IMG/VR virus record: IMGVR_UViG_3300035208_008180
Reading direction: 5' to 3' (one strand)
Length of the DNA: 64,000 bases
From: a virus
Taxonomy: Duplodnaviria > Caudoviricetes
Each line of letters begins with the position of its first letter. Positions within the stretch are counted from its first letter, which is position 1. This document shows positions 55,130 to 64,000 of the stretch, piece after piece. The notes under the pieces are model-generated. The model was not told where the DNA came from, ran no database searches, and saw only the letters and a program-made list of their open reading frames with translations. The position numbers were made by a program, and so were the translations under genes.

Positions 55130-55972
55130 TTACGACTTCCAGGCAGCTTTAGCTCCTGTGCTGAAAACAGCAGCACCACCAGTAGAACACGATACAGCGG
55201 GGGTATCGACATCAATGGATTTATCCAAATCTGCGGAATCAGCACTTGCATAATCTGCAAGGCATTCATCCGAATCAGAATACATGTTTTTGCAAGATGA
55301 GCCACCGATGCCACGTACCATATTCAACGCAGCAGCATATACTCGTTTACTGCTATTTCTGTGACCTGTTCTTGCACCCTTGACAGTTTTATTGTCCCAA
55401 AGAGCCACGTTTGCCATTGGAACATTCAAAGCGGCAGCAGCCTCAGTGAGGTAATGTCGGTCGCAACCCATAAAACTAAATGTCCAGCGACCACTGGCTT
55501 CCAATGGCTTCATGAGTTCATCCAACGGAAGTCGAGGATCAGGCTTTTGTCCAGCCTTGATTTGTGCCTCGGTCAGATGTTCCTGCACCCATTTGTAGTG
55601 CGATGATTTATTTTCTTGGCCATCGGTGACAATCACAAAAATATAGTTATTGTCAGGATCGTTGTAATTAGTGGTTTCACGGAGTTTTTCGATGGAGTAT
55701 CCGATGCCATCGAGCATAGCCGTCCAACCATCGGCATTAAAATCTCCTTGTTTGCATTCTTGGAGATCGGAAGCTGGCACTTCCCACAGGTGTTCAAAAA
55801 CTTCTGTGGCAAAAGTAATCAGGGATACTTTGACTTCTGCGGTGCCTGCTGTTTCTTCTGCCATTTTCTTGAACAAACGAACTTGATCGTTGTAATTATT
55901 TACAGCTTCTTCGGCTGTGGACGACATCGACCCTGAGCGGTCGATTACAAAAACGACATGAGTAGTCTTCAT
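55130..55972 (-). CDS. vWA-domain protein
   Basis: MIDAS VIDRSGSM, T.MLD, VTDGQEN. Confidence 0.85.
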   Translation of the reverse strand: MKTTHVVFVIDRSGSMSSTAEEAVNNYNDQVRLFKKMAEETAGTAEVKVSLITFATEVFEHLWEVPASDLQECKQGDFNADGWTAMLDGIGYSIEKLRETTNYNDPDNNYIFVIVTDGQENKSSHYKWVQEHLTEAQIKAGQKPDPRLPLDELMKPLEASGRWTFSFMGCDRHYLTEAAAALNVPMANVALWDNKTVKGARTGHRNSSKRVYAAALNMVRGIGGSSCKNMYSDSDECLADYASADSADLDKSIDVDTPAVSCSTGGAAVFSTGAKAAWKS

Positions 55973-56046
55973 TATATTTTTCCTTGTTGGTGAATTGTAA
56001 AAAAGCAGGCACCCCGGCAATACACCGGGGGCCTGTGATTACGGAT

Positions 56047-57090
56047 TTAGCCGTTCCAATGACGGGCTCGCACCGCATGTCCCCAAACGCCTGTACCTTG
56101 CGGAGTTGGAGAATAATAATTGGCATACGGCACAGGCTGTTGCCAAGCTACCTGTGCCCCTCCATCAAAAGGGTTTGGAGTTTTCCCCTGTGGAGCCGGT
56201 TGTCCAAGTGCAATCTGCAAATCGGGCAATTTGTTGTGGCTCTTCAATTCGTCAAACTTCACCTTGGTTGTGCCGTAGCGTTTGCACAATCTATCCCAGG
56301 CATCAGGCAACAAAGCCATATCCAAGAAAGAATGAGCATCTTCGATGCGAGTGATTTTAATTTCACCCGCCTGCAAACCGACACGGAGAAATTGACGGAC
56401 TGCCAGAAGCACACCAGCCCAACTACGATTGGTTTGGTCGCAGGTTCCATCAGGACGGAGGGGACGACCCGGATAGAGCGGATTTTCTTCCGCAAAATTT
56501 TCCGGCAGATAGCCGATTGGATAAGCGGGTTTCGTGGTTCCACGCACATCCACAATGGCCCATACTTCTCCCTTGGCTTGTGGACGTGGCGGATATTTCC
56601 GCTTGAGTTCATCCACCAAAGAATATGTGGCATCCACATCTACTACTCGACTGCCGGGCTTGTCGAATACAATGCAGGGACTTCTCCCCACAATTCCCTG
56701 AAGTCGTTTGCCCACTTCGCTTTCGGGCTCTTCGGGGTCGAAATGTTCTACCAATTGGCGAACAGTCATCTGACGAACTTTTTTCGGACCCACATAACTG
56801 GGCTTGTCGGATGTGTCAGCTTCATCCGATTTGTTGCGGAAAATATCGGCAATATCTTTTGCCAATTGTTCCGGTTTCACTGGGCAATCGACAATGAGAG
56901 CATTGCCGAGACACATGGAAATTTGTTCCCACTTCAGGGAACCAAGGGCTGCCTCGGTTGTTCCACCAAGAGCCTTAAGAAATGTGGCAAACTTACCAAT
57001 GTCAACCGTTCCAGGGTTGCCAGTTCCCACAACCTCATTGTGCTTCTCAATAAGCACAACAGCAGCATCAACACGATCCTGATACGACAT
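56047..57090 (-). CDS. Hypothetical protein
   Basis: 347-aa ORF with GAGG Shine-Dalgarno site, after a promoter. Confidence 0.7.
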   Translation of the reverse strand: MSYQDRVDAAVVLIEKHNEVVGTGNPGTVDIGKFATFLKALGGTTEAALGSLKWEQISMCLGNALIVDCPVKPEQLAKDIADIFRNKSDEADTSDKPSYVGPKKVRQMTVRQLVEHFDPEEPESEVGKRLQGIVGRSPCIVFDKPGSRVVDVDATYSLVDELKRKYPPRPQAKGEVWAIVDVRGTTKPAYPIGYLPENFAEENPLYPGRPLRPDGTCDQTNRSWAGVLLAVRQFLRVGLQAGEIKITRIEDAHSFLDMALLPDAWDRLCKRYGTTKVKFDELKSHNKLPDLQIALGQPAPQGKTPNPFDGGAQVAWQQPVPYANYYSPTPQGTGVWGHAVRARHWNG

Positions 57091-57154
57091 AAAACACCTC
57101 TGCTTTCTTCTATGGTGGTCTTGACAGCGGCACCACCATCTAACCGCTACCCAT

Positions 57155-57183
57155 ATTATAGTGTCAGAACATTGATTTGTAAA
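57155..57183 (-). promoter_or_regulatory. Phage early-type promoter
   Basis: TTTACA-N17-TATAAT. Confidence 0.65.
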
Positions 57184-57240
57184 GTGGATTCCAAAAAAAT
57201 TTTTTTGGAGCTAAGAAGCCCCACTAATGGGGCATTATGA

Positions 57241-58257
57241 CTAAGACAATATTCTGTTCGCTTCCCTTATGTTGTTAAATATCCAATCTTCCATTTTGGG
57301 AAAATTAGTAAAACATACGCCATCCACATCGGCATATACGGAAACAGGGGCACAAATCAAGCCTTCCAACCCCAATTGTTTTGCTTTATGTGCATTTTCT
57401 ATGACATGTTTTGGACCCTCGGCTCCAGTATACGTGGGGCAAATTTTTGCTTGAGCAGCAGCTATGTTTGTCCACCAATCATTGCCAAAAGCAGAAAAAA
57501 GAATTGTTTTTAAACCATCTTTATTTTCTAATATTACATTTTCACACCCAACATTACCAAATACATTATTGTTGGGATCATTATAATAGGGCACATATTG
57601 CAACCATTTTTCTTGGTATAAATTTATTCTTTCTTTTGAAATTCTCGAAAGTTCTCCCACAATCCATTCTTCCGATGGTTTGCCAGATTCTTGGCATTTT
57701 TGCTGAGCAAAAGAATCAAACCACCAAGGCGAATCATGTATGTTTACCTTTTCCCGGCCATCCGACGACATAAAACAAGTTGCTGGAAATAAATATTCAC
57801 CACACTGTCCTATTGATGAAATGCAAACAGCATGCTTTAAAACTTCTCGTAGTTTCTTGATATATGTTTGAACATAATTTTCTGCGACTTGGTTCCAATA
57901 GCTAAATATCCTCCCAGCCAGCACAAGAATGTGACTGAATGAAATGGAATCTTTAGCATTATACAATTTTGCATAACTGGAAAAATTATTTTTTTCTCCA
58001 CAACAATTCGACAAATACCAAGATGGATCGTCAGCCCAAAATGGCACTCCAATGGGCGTTTGAATCAATAGTTTTACCCCATGTCTGTTTAACATATCTT
58101 CATAAGCCAACCAATCACCAAAATCATAAACACCAGGGGAAGGTTCAGTTTGCCACCACCAATCAAACGCCACAATTGTTTTTGTTCCAGCATCAGCAAA
58201 TTTCTTTATATCTTCTTCTTGGAAGTTTCGATTATAATCCAAAAGCATAATATCCAT
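57241..58257 (-). CDS. Glycoside-hydrolase-like TIM barrel (GH14/GH42-like), paralog A
   Basis: DWWWQTEPSPGVYDF, IGQCGEYLFP, GAEG. Confidence 0.5.
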   Translation of the reverse strand: MDIMLLDYNRNFQEEDIKKFADAGTKTIVAFDWWWQTEPSPGVYDFGDWLAYEDMLNRHGVKLLIQTPIGVPFWADDPSWYLSNCCGEKNNFSSYAKLYNAKDSISFSHILVLAGRIFSYWNQVAENYVQTYIKKLREVLKHAVCISSIGQCGEYLFPATCFMSSDGREKVNIHDSPWWFDSFAQQKCQESGKPSEEWIVGELSRISKERINLYQEKWLQYVPYYNDPNNNVFGNVGCENVILENKDGLKTILFSAFGNDWWTNIAAAQAKICPTYTGAEGPKHVIENAHKAKQLGLEGLICAPVSVYADVDGVCFTNFPKMEDWIFNNIREANRILS

Positions 58258-58262
58258 GATGC

Positions 58263-59000
58263 TTAACCTATGGTGGGGCGTTGTTTAATGTTATCATATT
58301 TCCAACCATCTTCCATATTGATTAAACATGATTTTGCAAGCATTTCCACAATGTCCTGGGGGGTGTAACCATCATTTCTGCAATCAGCAATTTTGAAGTT
58401 GCCTGCTGTTTTACTTACATCTGACAAATCTGTTATGACATTGTTTTTTTGTTGCATCAATTTAGGAAGAAAATACAATGCGGGAATAGGAATGTCTAAC
58501 AATGTGCAAAAATGACAATACAAACTATATTCAGACAATAAATCCTCGCCACGAATGATTGTATTACATCCTTCCCTGCAATCTTGAACTACTTTGATTG
58601 CTGTGAGATAAGGAACATATGGATAAGGTCGATCTATGCTTTTGATATGAAGATGTTCATAGTGAGCAAAATGAGCCGAATCTGGATTCCCATCACCAAT
58701 ATCTGGGTCTATACCTCGCATACCCCGCAAATATGACTCATTTTCTTTTTTTTCTTTGCTTTCATAGGAATATAAATCTGGAACAATGCCCATCCATTCC
58801 AAATCTTCTTTGATAAGTTGACAATATTCTTCTATTTTTTCTATTCCAATGTTTTTGATCCAATAGGATTGATCGTCGTCAAACCTTACAATAAATTTAC
58901 CACCAGTAGATTTGGCAGTATGATAATTTACTAGTATTAAATAAAGATGGCCTAAATGAAGGCGACCATTTGCGGTGGGATTAAACCTTGTAGTTTTCAT
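58263..59000 (-). CDS. Glutamyl-tRNA synthetase-like catalytic domain only (Glu-Q-RS-like)
   Basis: TRFNPTANGRLHLGH (HIGH), VRFDD, DLEWMG, IIRGEDL, DVSKT (KMSKS-like); no anticodon domain. Confidence 0.8.
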   Translation of the reverse strand: MKTTRFNPTANGRLHLGHLYLILVNYHTAKSTGGKFIVRFDDDQSYWIKNIGIEKIEEYCQLIKEDLEWMGIVPDLYSYESKEKKENESYLRGMRGIDPDIGDGNPDSAHFAHYEHLHIKSIDRPYPYVPYLTAIKVVQDCREGCNTIIRGEDLLSEYSLYCHFCTLLDIPIPALYFLPKLMQQKNNVITDLSDVSKTAGNFKIADCRNDGYTPQDIVEMLAKSCLINMEDGWKYDNIKQRPTIG

Positions 59001-59003
59001 ATT

Positions 59004-60023
59004 CTATGATAGTAACCATATCTTGTTTGCCTTTTTTACATTATCAAATACCCAATTTTCCAAGTGAACGGAATTGACCAAACCACAATGCATAATATTC
59101 ATAGTGCCACAAATTAAACCACGAAAGCCCAGATTTTTTGCCTTGTGTGCGTTTTCTACAACATTTTCTGCCCCTTCCGCCCCTGCATATGTGGGACAAA
59201 TTCTTGCCTGAGCAGTAGCCATGCTTAGCCAATTAGGCATATCGTAGAAGGCCGAAAATAAAATTGTGGTCAAATCTTCTTTGTTTTCTAATATTACATT
59301 TTCGCACCCAACATTGCCCCAATTCATAGCTGGTCCGAAACTACCATTGTTATAATAGGGCACATATTGCAACCATTTTTCTTGGTATAAATTTATTCTT
59401 TCTTTTGAAATTCTCGAAAGTTCTCCCACAATCCATTCTTCTGCTACTTTGCCAGATTCTTGGCATTTTTGTTGAGCAAAAGAATCAAACCACCAAGGCG
59501 TTGGATATACGCATGCCCCCATCATGCCAGCAATTGGAGGAAATAAAAATTCTCCACACTCTCCTATAGAAGGAATACAAGTGGAATATTTTAATGTTTC
59601 TCTTATTTTCCTAATATATTTCCTAACATAATCTTCAGCTTCAGGATTCCAGTAACTGAATATCCTTCCGCACAATATAAAAAAATGGCAAAAGGGCATA
59701 GGGTCTTTAATATTGTATAATTTTGTCCATTGAGCAAAATCATTTTTTTGGTTATAATAATTTGATAAATACCAAGCAGGATCATTAGCCCAAAATGGAG
59801 TTCCCATTGGTGTTTGAATAAGTAGTTTTACCCCATTCCTTTTTAACATATCTTCATAATGCAACCAATCATCAAAATCGTAAACGCCAGGAGAAGGTTC
59901 TGTTTTCCACCACCAATCAAAGGCTAAAATCGTATCAACCCCAGAATCAACAAATTTTTTAACATCTTCTTCTTTAAAATTTTTGTTATAATCTAAGACA
60001 ATTATATTTGAAGTGGAACTCAT
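59004..60023 (-). CDS. Glycoside-hydrolase-like TIM barrel (GH14/GH42-like), paralog B
   Basis: DWWWKTEPSPGVYDF, IGECGEFLFP, GAEG. Confidence 0.5.
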   Translation of the reverse strand: MSSTSNIIVLDYNKNFKEEDVKKFVDSGVDTILAFDWWWKTEPSPGVYDFDDWLHYEDMLKRNGVKLLIQTPMGTPFWANDPAWYLSNYYNQKNDFAQWTKLYNIKDPMPFCHFFILCGRIFSYWNPEAEDYVRKYIRKIRETLKYSTCIPSIGECGEFLFPPIAGMMGACVYPTPWWFDSFAQQKCQESGKVAEEWIVGELSRISKERINLYQEKWLQYVPYYNNGSFGPAMNWGNVGCENVILENKEDLTTILFSAFYDMPNWLSMATAQARICPTYAGAEGAENVVENAHKAKNLGFRGLICGTMNIMHCGLVNSVHLENWVFDNVKKANKIWLLS

Positions 60024-60057
60024 AAATATTATATAGTCAATTTAAAAGAAATGAATT

Positions 60058-60666
60058 ATGATAAATTTAAATGTAGTAAACGGTGCTGATGCTCTTTTGT
60101 TGAAATATGCTCAATTTTTGACAGAAAAAATAAAGGATATTCCTTTAATTGGTGCTGAGCTAGGAATCGCCTATGGAGGTGGAGTAGAAGCAATTGGGAA
60201 GATGTGGAAAGATTGCGGCGGCACCATTTATGGTTTAGATACTTTTTCTGGACATCCGAAACAATTATCAAGCTCACCAGACAATTTTGAAGCAACGTGT
60301 ATGGACGGATGGTATCAAAATTACGGGATAGAGGCCCTAGAATATGACTATCAAAGAAAAACTTTAGATGAGCAAAATTTATCGAATGTAATCCTGATAA
60401 AAGGGCTTATCAATTCGCAGAGTTTAGCGAATGTTCCGTATTTGCACTATGCCTTGCTTGATATGGATTTAATTGCTTCTATGACCGTGGGATGGGAGAT
60501 TGTGCGACCACTTATGAAAAAAGGTGGATATCTTTGCCTTCATGATGTGGTGCCAAGAGGGCATATAACTGGTTTGTGGGAATTATATCAAGAAATATTG
60601 GCACAAGGCTACAAAGTAGTTGAAGAAGCTCCCTCTTCATATTTGGCTGTATTAGAGAAAACTTAA
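60058..60666 (+). CDS. TylF/NovP-like O-methyltransferase
   Basis: AELGIAYGG, GLDTFSG, LIKG, LDMDL, GG.LCLHD. Confidence 0.7.
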   Translation: MINLNVVNGADALLLKYAQFLTEKIKDIPLIGAELGIAYGGGVEAIGKMWKDCGGTIYGLDTFSGHPKQLSSSPDNFEATCMDGWYQNYGIEALEYDYQRKTLDEQNLSNVILIKGLINSQSLANVPYLHYALLDMDLIASMTVGWEIVRPLMKKGGYLCLHDVVPRGHITGLWELYQEILAQGYKVVEEAPSSYLAVLEKT

Positions 60667-61625
60667 AATCCCAATGTCGAAAGTGTCCACTTGTCGCCAA
60701 AATATTTTTTTATATACAACCTAAGCTCGGCAGCATCATTTGCTGTTTGCAAGGTTTTCAGTGGCTCATCATTACTGCCACTCGTGAAATCAGGGTATTT
60801 CTTGGACTCTTCGCACAACTTGACGGCTCTTGCAATTTGCCACTGCATAAATGCTTTAAAATCAACATCCTTGGAGTCCACCTTGTAAATGAGACAGAGT
60901 GCCAAATTGTTAAATTCCATCATAAACTGCACAGTGTCTGCTCTCCGTCCCCAATTCCACTTACCAGTAGCCGCTAAATCTATTCCTGTTTCTGATCCAT
61001 TAGTGTATGCTACAAATTCATCTATTAAGTAAAGTGGTTCATTATTCCAGCCGCCACCACGCAACATTTTGCTACACAAGGTTTTGCAGACGCCAAGCTT
61101 GGGGTCTGGCTTCATCATTGCAACTTTTTTGGACTGCATGTTGATAACGTAGTTCTTGTACATCAATCCACGTAGTGATTTTGGCACTACTTTGGCTATT
61201 TCGGACAAGGTGGTACTCGGCTCAGGCAGAACTACAGCTTTGTTGTCAAAACAATAAAATGCATTTATTTTGCCCTGGCTGGAGTACTTCATTCTAACAT
61301 ATGAATTAATTCCGTGGGTATCTTCATGGGCATTGGTGACACGATCAGAATCGCCGTAGGGGTGTCCTTTAGGCAAGTGGCTCTCAAGATCATTCAATTT
61401 ACCCTCACGATTGGTGACTTGCCTGACTGGGGGATATTCTACCCATTTTGGCGTTATTTCTACTATTGGTTCTGGCTTCGGCGGCACTGGCTCTACATGA
61501 ATATTGGCTGGTTGCAAATAAAAATATACACCAACACCGCACAGCAATAATACAGCCACAACGACCACAAGAATACCAATTAGTTTATTCATAATTTGCC
61601 CCTGTATCTTATTTAGATGGATCAA
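60663..61625 (-). CDS. Membrane-anchored protein with HExxH zinc-metalloprotease-like motif
   Basis: N-terminal TM; AHEDTHG; downstream DEFVAY. Confidence 0.55.
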   Translation of the reverse strand: MIHLNKIQGQIMNKLIGILVVVVAVLLLCGVGVYFYLQPANIHVEPVPPKPEPIVEITPKWVEYPPVRQVTNREGKLNDLESHLPKGHPYGDSDRVTNAHEDTHGINSYVRMKYSSQGKINAFYCFDNKAVVLPEPSTTLSEIAKVVPKSLRGLMYKNYVINMQSKKVAMMKPDPKLGVCKTLCSKMLRGGGWNNEPLYLIDEFVAYTNGSETGIDLAATGKWNWGRRADTVQFMMEFNNLALCLIYKVDSKDVDFKAFMQWQIARAVKLCEESKKYPDFTSGSNDEPLKTLQTANDAAELRLYIKKYFGDKWTLSTLGF

Positions 61626-61651
61626 AATAAATATCAGACATCTATATATTA

Positions 61652-62056
61652 ATGATGAAAACGTTTAAAGATTATGTAATATTGCTTGAGCAAGACCCGA
61701 TGGGCGGCATGGGTGGTGCCCCTGGTGGAATGCCGGGAATGCCTCCAGGTGGCGGCATGGGTGGTCCACCGGGAATGGACCCAGGAATGGGCGGCGGTAT
61801 GGGTGGTCCACCACCAATGGGCGGCGGTATGGGTGGTCCACCTGGAATGGACCCAATGGGCGGCGGTATGGGTGGTCCACAACAGCAGCCTCCACCAAGT
61901 CAGCCCGCTGCATTGACTGCTAAGCCAAAAACAGTCTGGGAAGCGATGGAATCACTTTTGCAGAAAACTCCAAATCAACCCGTGGTTCAACAACAGCAAC
62001 AACAGCAAAACCCAAGACCTCAATTGAGTTTCTTAAAAGGCGTGCCAGGAATGTAA
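61652..62056 (+). CDS. Gly/Met/Pro/Gln-rich low-complexity protein with capsid-targeting-like N-terminus
   Basis: MKTFKDYVILLE; (GGGMGGPPGMDP)n. Confidence 0.7.
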   Translation: MMKTFKDYVILLEQDPMGGMGGAPGGMPGMPPGGGMGGPPGMDPGMGGGMGGPPPMGGGMGGPPGMDPMGGGMGGPQQQPPPSQPAALTAKPKTVWEAMESLLQKTPNQPVVQQQQQQQNPRPQLSFLKGVPGM

Positions 62057-62281
62057 TGGATAAACCAATAGAAAAATATCCCGTCAACGGCTGTTTAACC
62101 ATTATAATAACTATCTTTTTAATGTATTTGCTTTTGAGAGCTTGCAATTCATTAACATTTCCTTGGTACTAGGCTTGACTGTTTTTCGGTAATTGTGTAT
62201 AAATTAGGAGACAGGGACGAACATTCATTTCCATTCATATTCATCATATGTCCCTGTCTTTCTTTTTTATATGAGGTATTT

Positions 62282-63370
62282 GTGAGTAAAATATTATTGG
62301 TTGCCGACGCCCATATCCATCCACACAAAAATTCCGACGAGCGGTTGAAAGACTGCATCAAGGCTCTAGACTGGGTATTTGAAACCGCACATGCCCACAA
62401 CATAGATAATATCTGTTTTTTGGGAGATTTATTTCATAGTCGCCAAAAAATCGGTGTCAGTGTCTATCAATGGACTTTTGAAGTTTTCAGCAAATGGATG
62501 CAAAATAAAAAGAGTTGGCCGAATGTTTATTTGTTGGTTGGCAACCATGATATGGTGCATAAATTCACAACAGACGTTTGCAGCATTAAGCCATTAAATG
62601 TTATTGATGGTGTTGTTGTTGTAGACAAACCCGTTGTGCTTCAAATTGACGAACATTCCGTTGCTTTTTTACCTTATACGGAAAATCCTCTTGAATCCTT
62701 GGGAATTTTGAAAGATGCTCCCAAGGATTTGTTACTAGGGCACATTGCTTTAGACGGGGCTATTTTAAATTCGCTGCATCAAACACATTCAGAAGTTGTG
62801 GTTGAACATGATGGCGACATGACTGTGGTGGATGCTGATGTTTTCAAAGATTGGAAACAAGTGTTTTTAGGACATTATCATGGCGAACAAAAAGTAAGGG
62901 CAAATGTTGAATATGTTGGATCGCCACTTCAATTGAGCTTTGGAGAGACCAAACAGGACAAGCATCTAATCATATATGATCTGGACACGCATGAGAAGGA
63001 ATATGTGATAAATGATTTTAGTCCCAAACATTTTATTATCTCTCAAGAGGATATCGGCAAATTCGATTTGACAAATAATTTTGTAAGAATTATTGTGGAT
63101 GATATTTCGTCCGCTGAGTTAATAGAATTTCGCAACGATGTACTATCCAAGAATGTTGGCAGTTTAGACATCCGACAAAAACCCAAGAAAGAGGAAGATG
63201 GAGAAGCTGTAGATGTGGCCTTGGCAGCAGTATTGCAAAATGACTTGGTAATAGAAAAATACGTGGAATACAAGGATGAATTTGATGAATTAAATGGACT
63301 TGATAAAGTCGAATTATTATCAATAGGCAATAAAATTATTGAAACGGCAACTAATCAAATCAATCAATGA
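62282..63370 (+). CDS. Mre11/SbcD (T4 gp47-like) nuclease
   Basis: ADAHIH, LGDLFH, VGNHD, LGHYH, YVGSP; GTG start after GAGG. Confidence 0.9.
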   Translation: MSKILLVADAHIHPHKNSDERLKDCIKALDWVFETAHAHNIDNICFLGDLFHSRQKIGVSVYQWTFEVFSKWMQNKKSWPNVYLLVGNHDMVHKFTTDVCSIKPLNVIDGVVVVDKPVVLQIDEHSVAFLPYTENPLESLGILKDAPKDLLLGHIALDGAILNSLHQTHSEVVVEHDGDMTVVDADVFKDWKQVFLGHYHGEQKVRANVEYVGSPLQLSFGETKQDKHLIIYDLDTHEKEYVINDFSPKHFIISQEDIGKFDLTNNFVRIIVDDISSAELIEFRNDVLSKNVGSLDIRQKPKKEEDGEAVDVALAAVLQNDLVIEKYVEYKDEFDELNGLDKVELLSIGNKIIETATNQINQ

Positions 63371-64000
63371 AAAACCTAAAATTTAAATATTTCTCAGCTA
63401 AAAATTTCGTTTGCTTCGGTCCAGAAGGTATTGAAATTGATCTCACGAAAAAGGGGAATGTTATCCTTGTTCGTGGAGAAAATCTGGATGTTATAGATGA
63501 AGAAGAGAAGGAAGGTGACGAGCGAGTTGCTTCTAATGGCATAGGCAAAAGCACCATCCCCGATATTCTTGTCTATGGCCTCTTCGGCAAACCTCTCAAA
63601 CATCCCTCTAAGATCAAGCATGAGGATGTAATCAATAATCGCATTCGTAAAGATATGCGAATAGAAGTTCGTTGGGATGACTACAGAGTAGTTAGACAAC
63701 GAAGCCCAAATAAGCTGCGTTTTTGGCAAAGCAGCAATGAAGATTGGAACAAAGATACGGAACTAACTTTGGGCGGCATGCCAGATACACAGAATTTGAT
63801 TGAGCAACATTTGGGATTAAATTATGAGACATTCCTAAATCTTATGGTATTTGCCGACCAAGGGCATTGCACTTTCTTGGAATGCACCAATCCTCAAAAA
63901 CGAACGGTTGTTGAGGATTTAATGGCTTTGCAAGTTTTTCGCATTTATTCAGATGTCGCTAAAGAAGAGAAAAACAACTTAAAGAATAAAATAAAGCTAC
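63367..64000 (+). CDS. Rad50/SbcC (T4 gp46-like) ATPase, runs off window end
   Basis: Manually translated MKNLKFKYFSAKNFVCFG...SNGIGKSTI Walker A; coupled to the gp47-like gene. Confidence 0.88.
   Translation, partial: MKNLKFKYFSAKNFVCFGPEGIEIDLTKKGNVILVRGENLDVIDEEEKEGDERVASNGIGKSTIPDILVYGLFGKPLKHPSKIKHEDVINNRIRKDMRIEVRWDDYRVVRQRSPNKLRFWQSSNEDWNKDTELTLGGMPDTQNLIEQHLGLNYETFLNLMVFADQGHCTFLECTNPQKRTVVEDLMALQVFRIYSDVAKEEKNNLKNKIKL

Noticed and set aside
55984-57240. 418-aa plus-strand ORF
   Set aside because: Antisense shadow of 56047..57090, which has a Shine-Dalgarno site, a promoter and the orientation of its neighbours.
57581-59441. Duplicated segment as a DGR template/variable repeat pair
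   Set aside because: The core copies are identical rather than adenine-mutated, both lie inside paralogous genes, and no reverse transcriptase is in the window.

Overview
This window is part of a large, AT-rich, T4-like/jumbo phage genome, read with the standard genetic code and mostly on the minus strand. It carries a gp41-type helicase, a UvsY-like protein, a UvsW-type helicase, gp46/gp47 (SbcCD), a PolA-like gene, tail-tube-like genes and HNH endonucleases. Auxiliary genes include RlmN-like and KamA-like radical SAM enzymes, CoaB, a CoaC-M23 fusion, an OGG-type glycosylase, Dam, PNKP, CsrA and a GluRS-like catalytic domain. Several genes hint at a Planctomycete-like host. The main result is a ~10 kb minus-strand locus (39.3-49.3 kb) with 20 tRNA genes, all for Leu, Ser, Tyr, Phe or Thr. 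It is preceded by a sigma70-type promoter, a 26-codon leader ORF (MKKSYSSLSSLLSLSYLFTSVWTALG, too short for the ORF track) and mutually exclusive terminator/antiterminator hairpins. Leader codons 4-20 are all read by tRNAs of the cluster, and 11 of the cluster's 12 anticodon types have their codon in the leader. This looks like a ribosome-mediated attenuator that switches on replacement tRNAs when those host tRNAs are depleted; the function is inferred, not tested. The locus also has six short-variable-arm tRNA-Leu genes, a D-armless tRNA-Tyr, an unknown ~157-nt RNA, a stand-alone TyrRS-like S4 protein, an MNT nucleotidyltransferase and a sigma factor with Zn repeats. Other candidates are a promoter-driven structured ncRNA at 10.3-10.7 kb, six 'FVSNSS' paralogs (four beside a radical SAM/SPASM gene), and about 10 proteins with a T4-like capsid-targeting N-terminus. 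All calls come from reading the sequence by eye; no searches were run.
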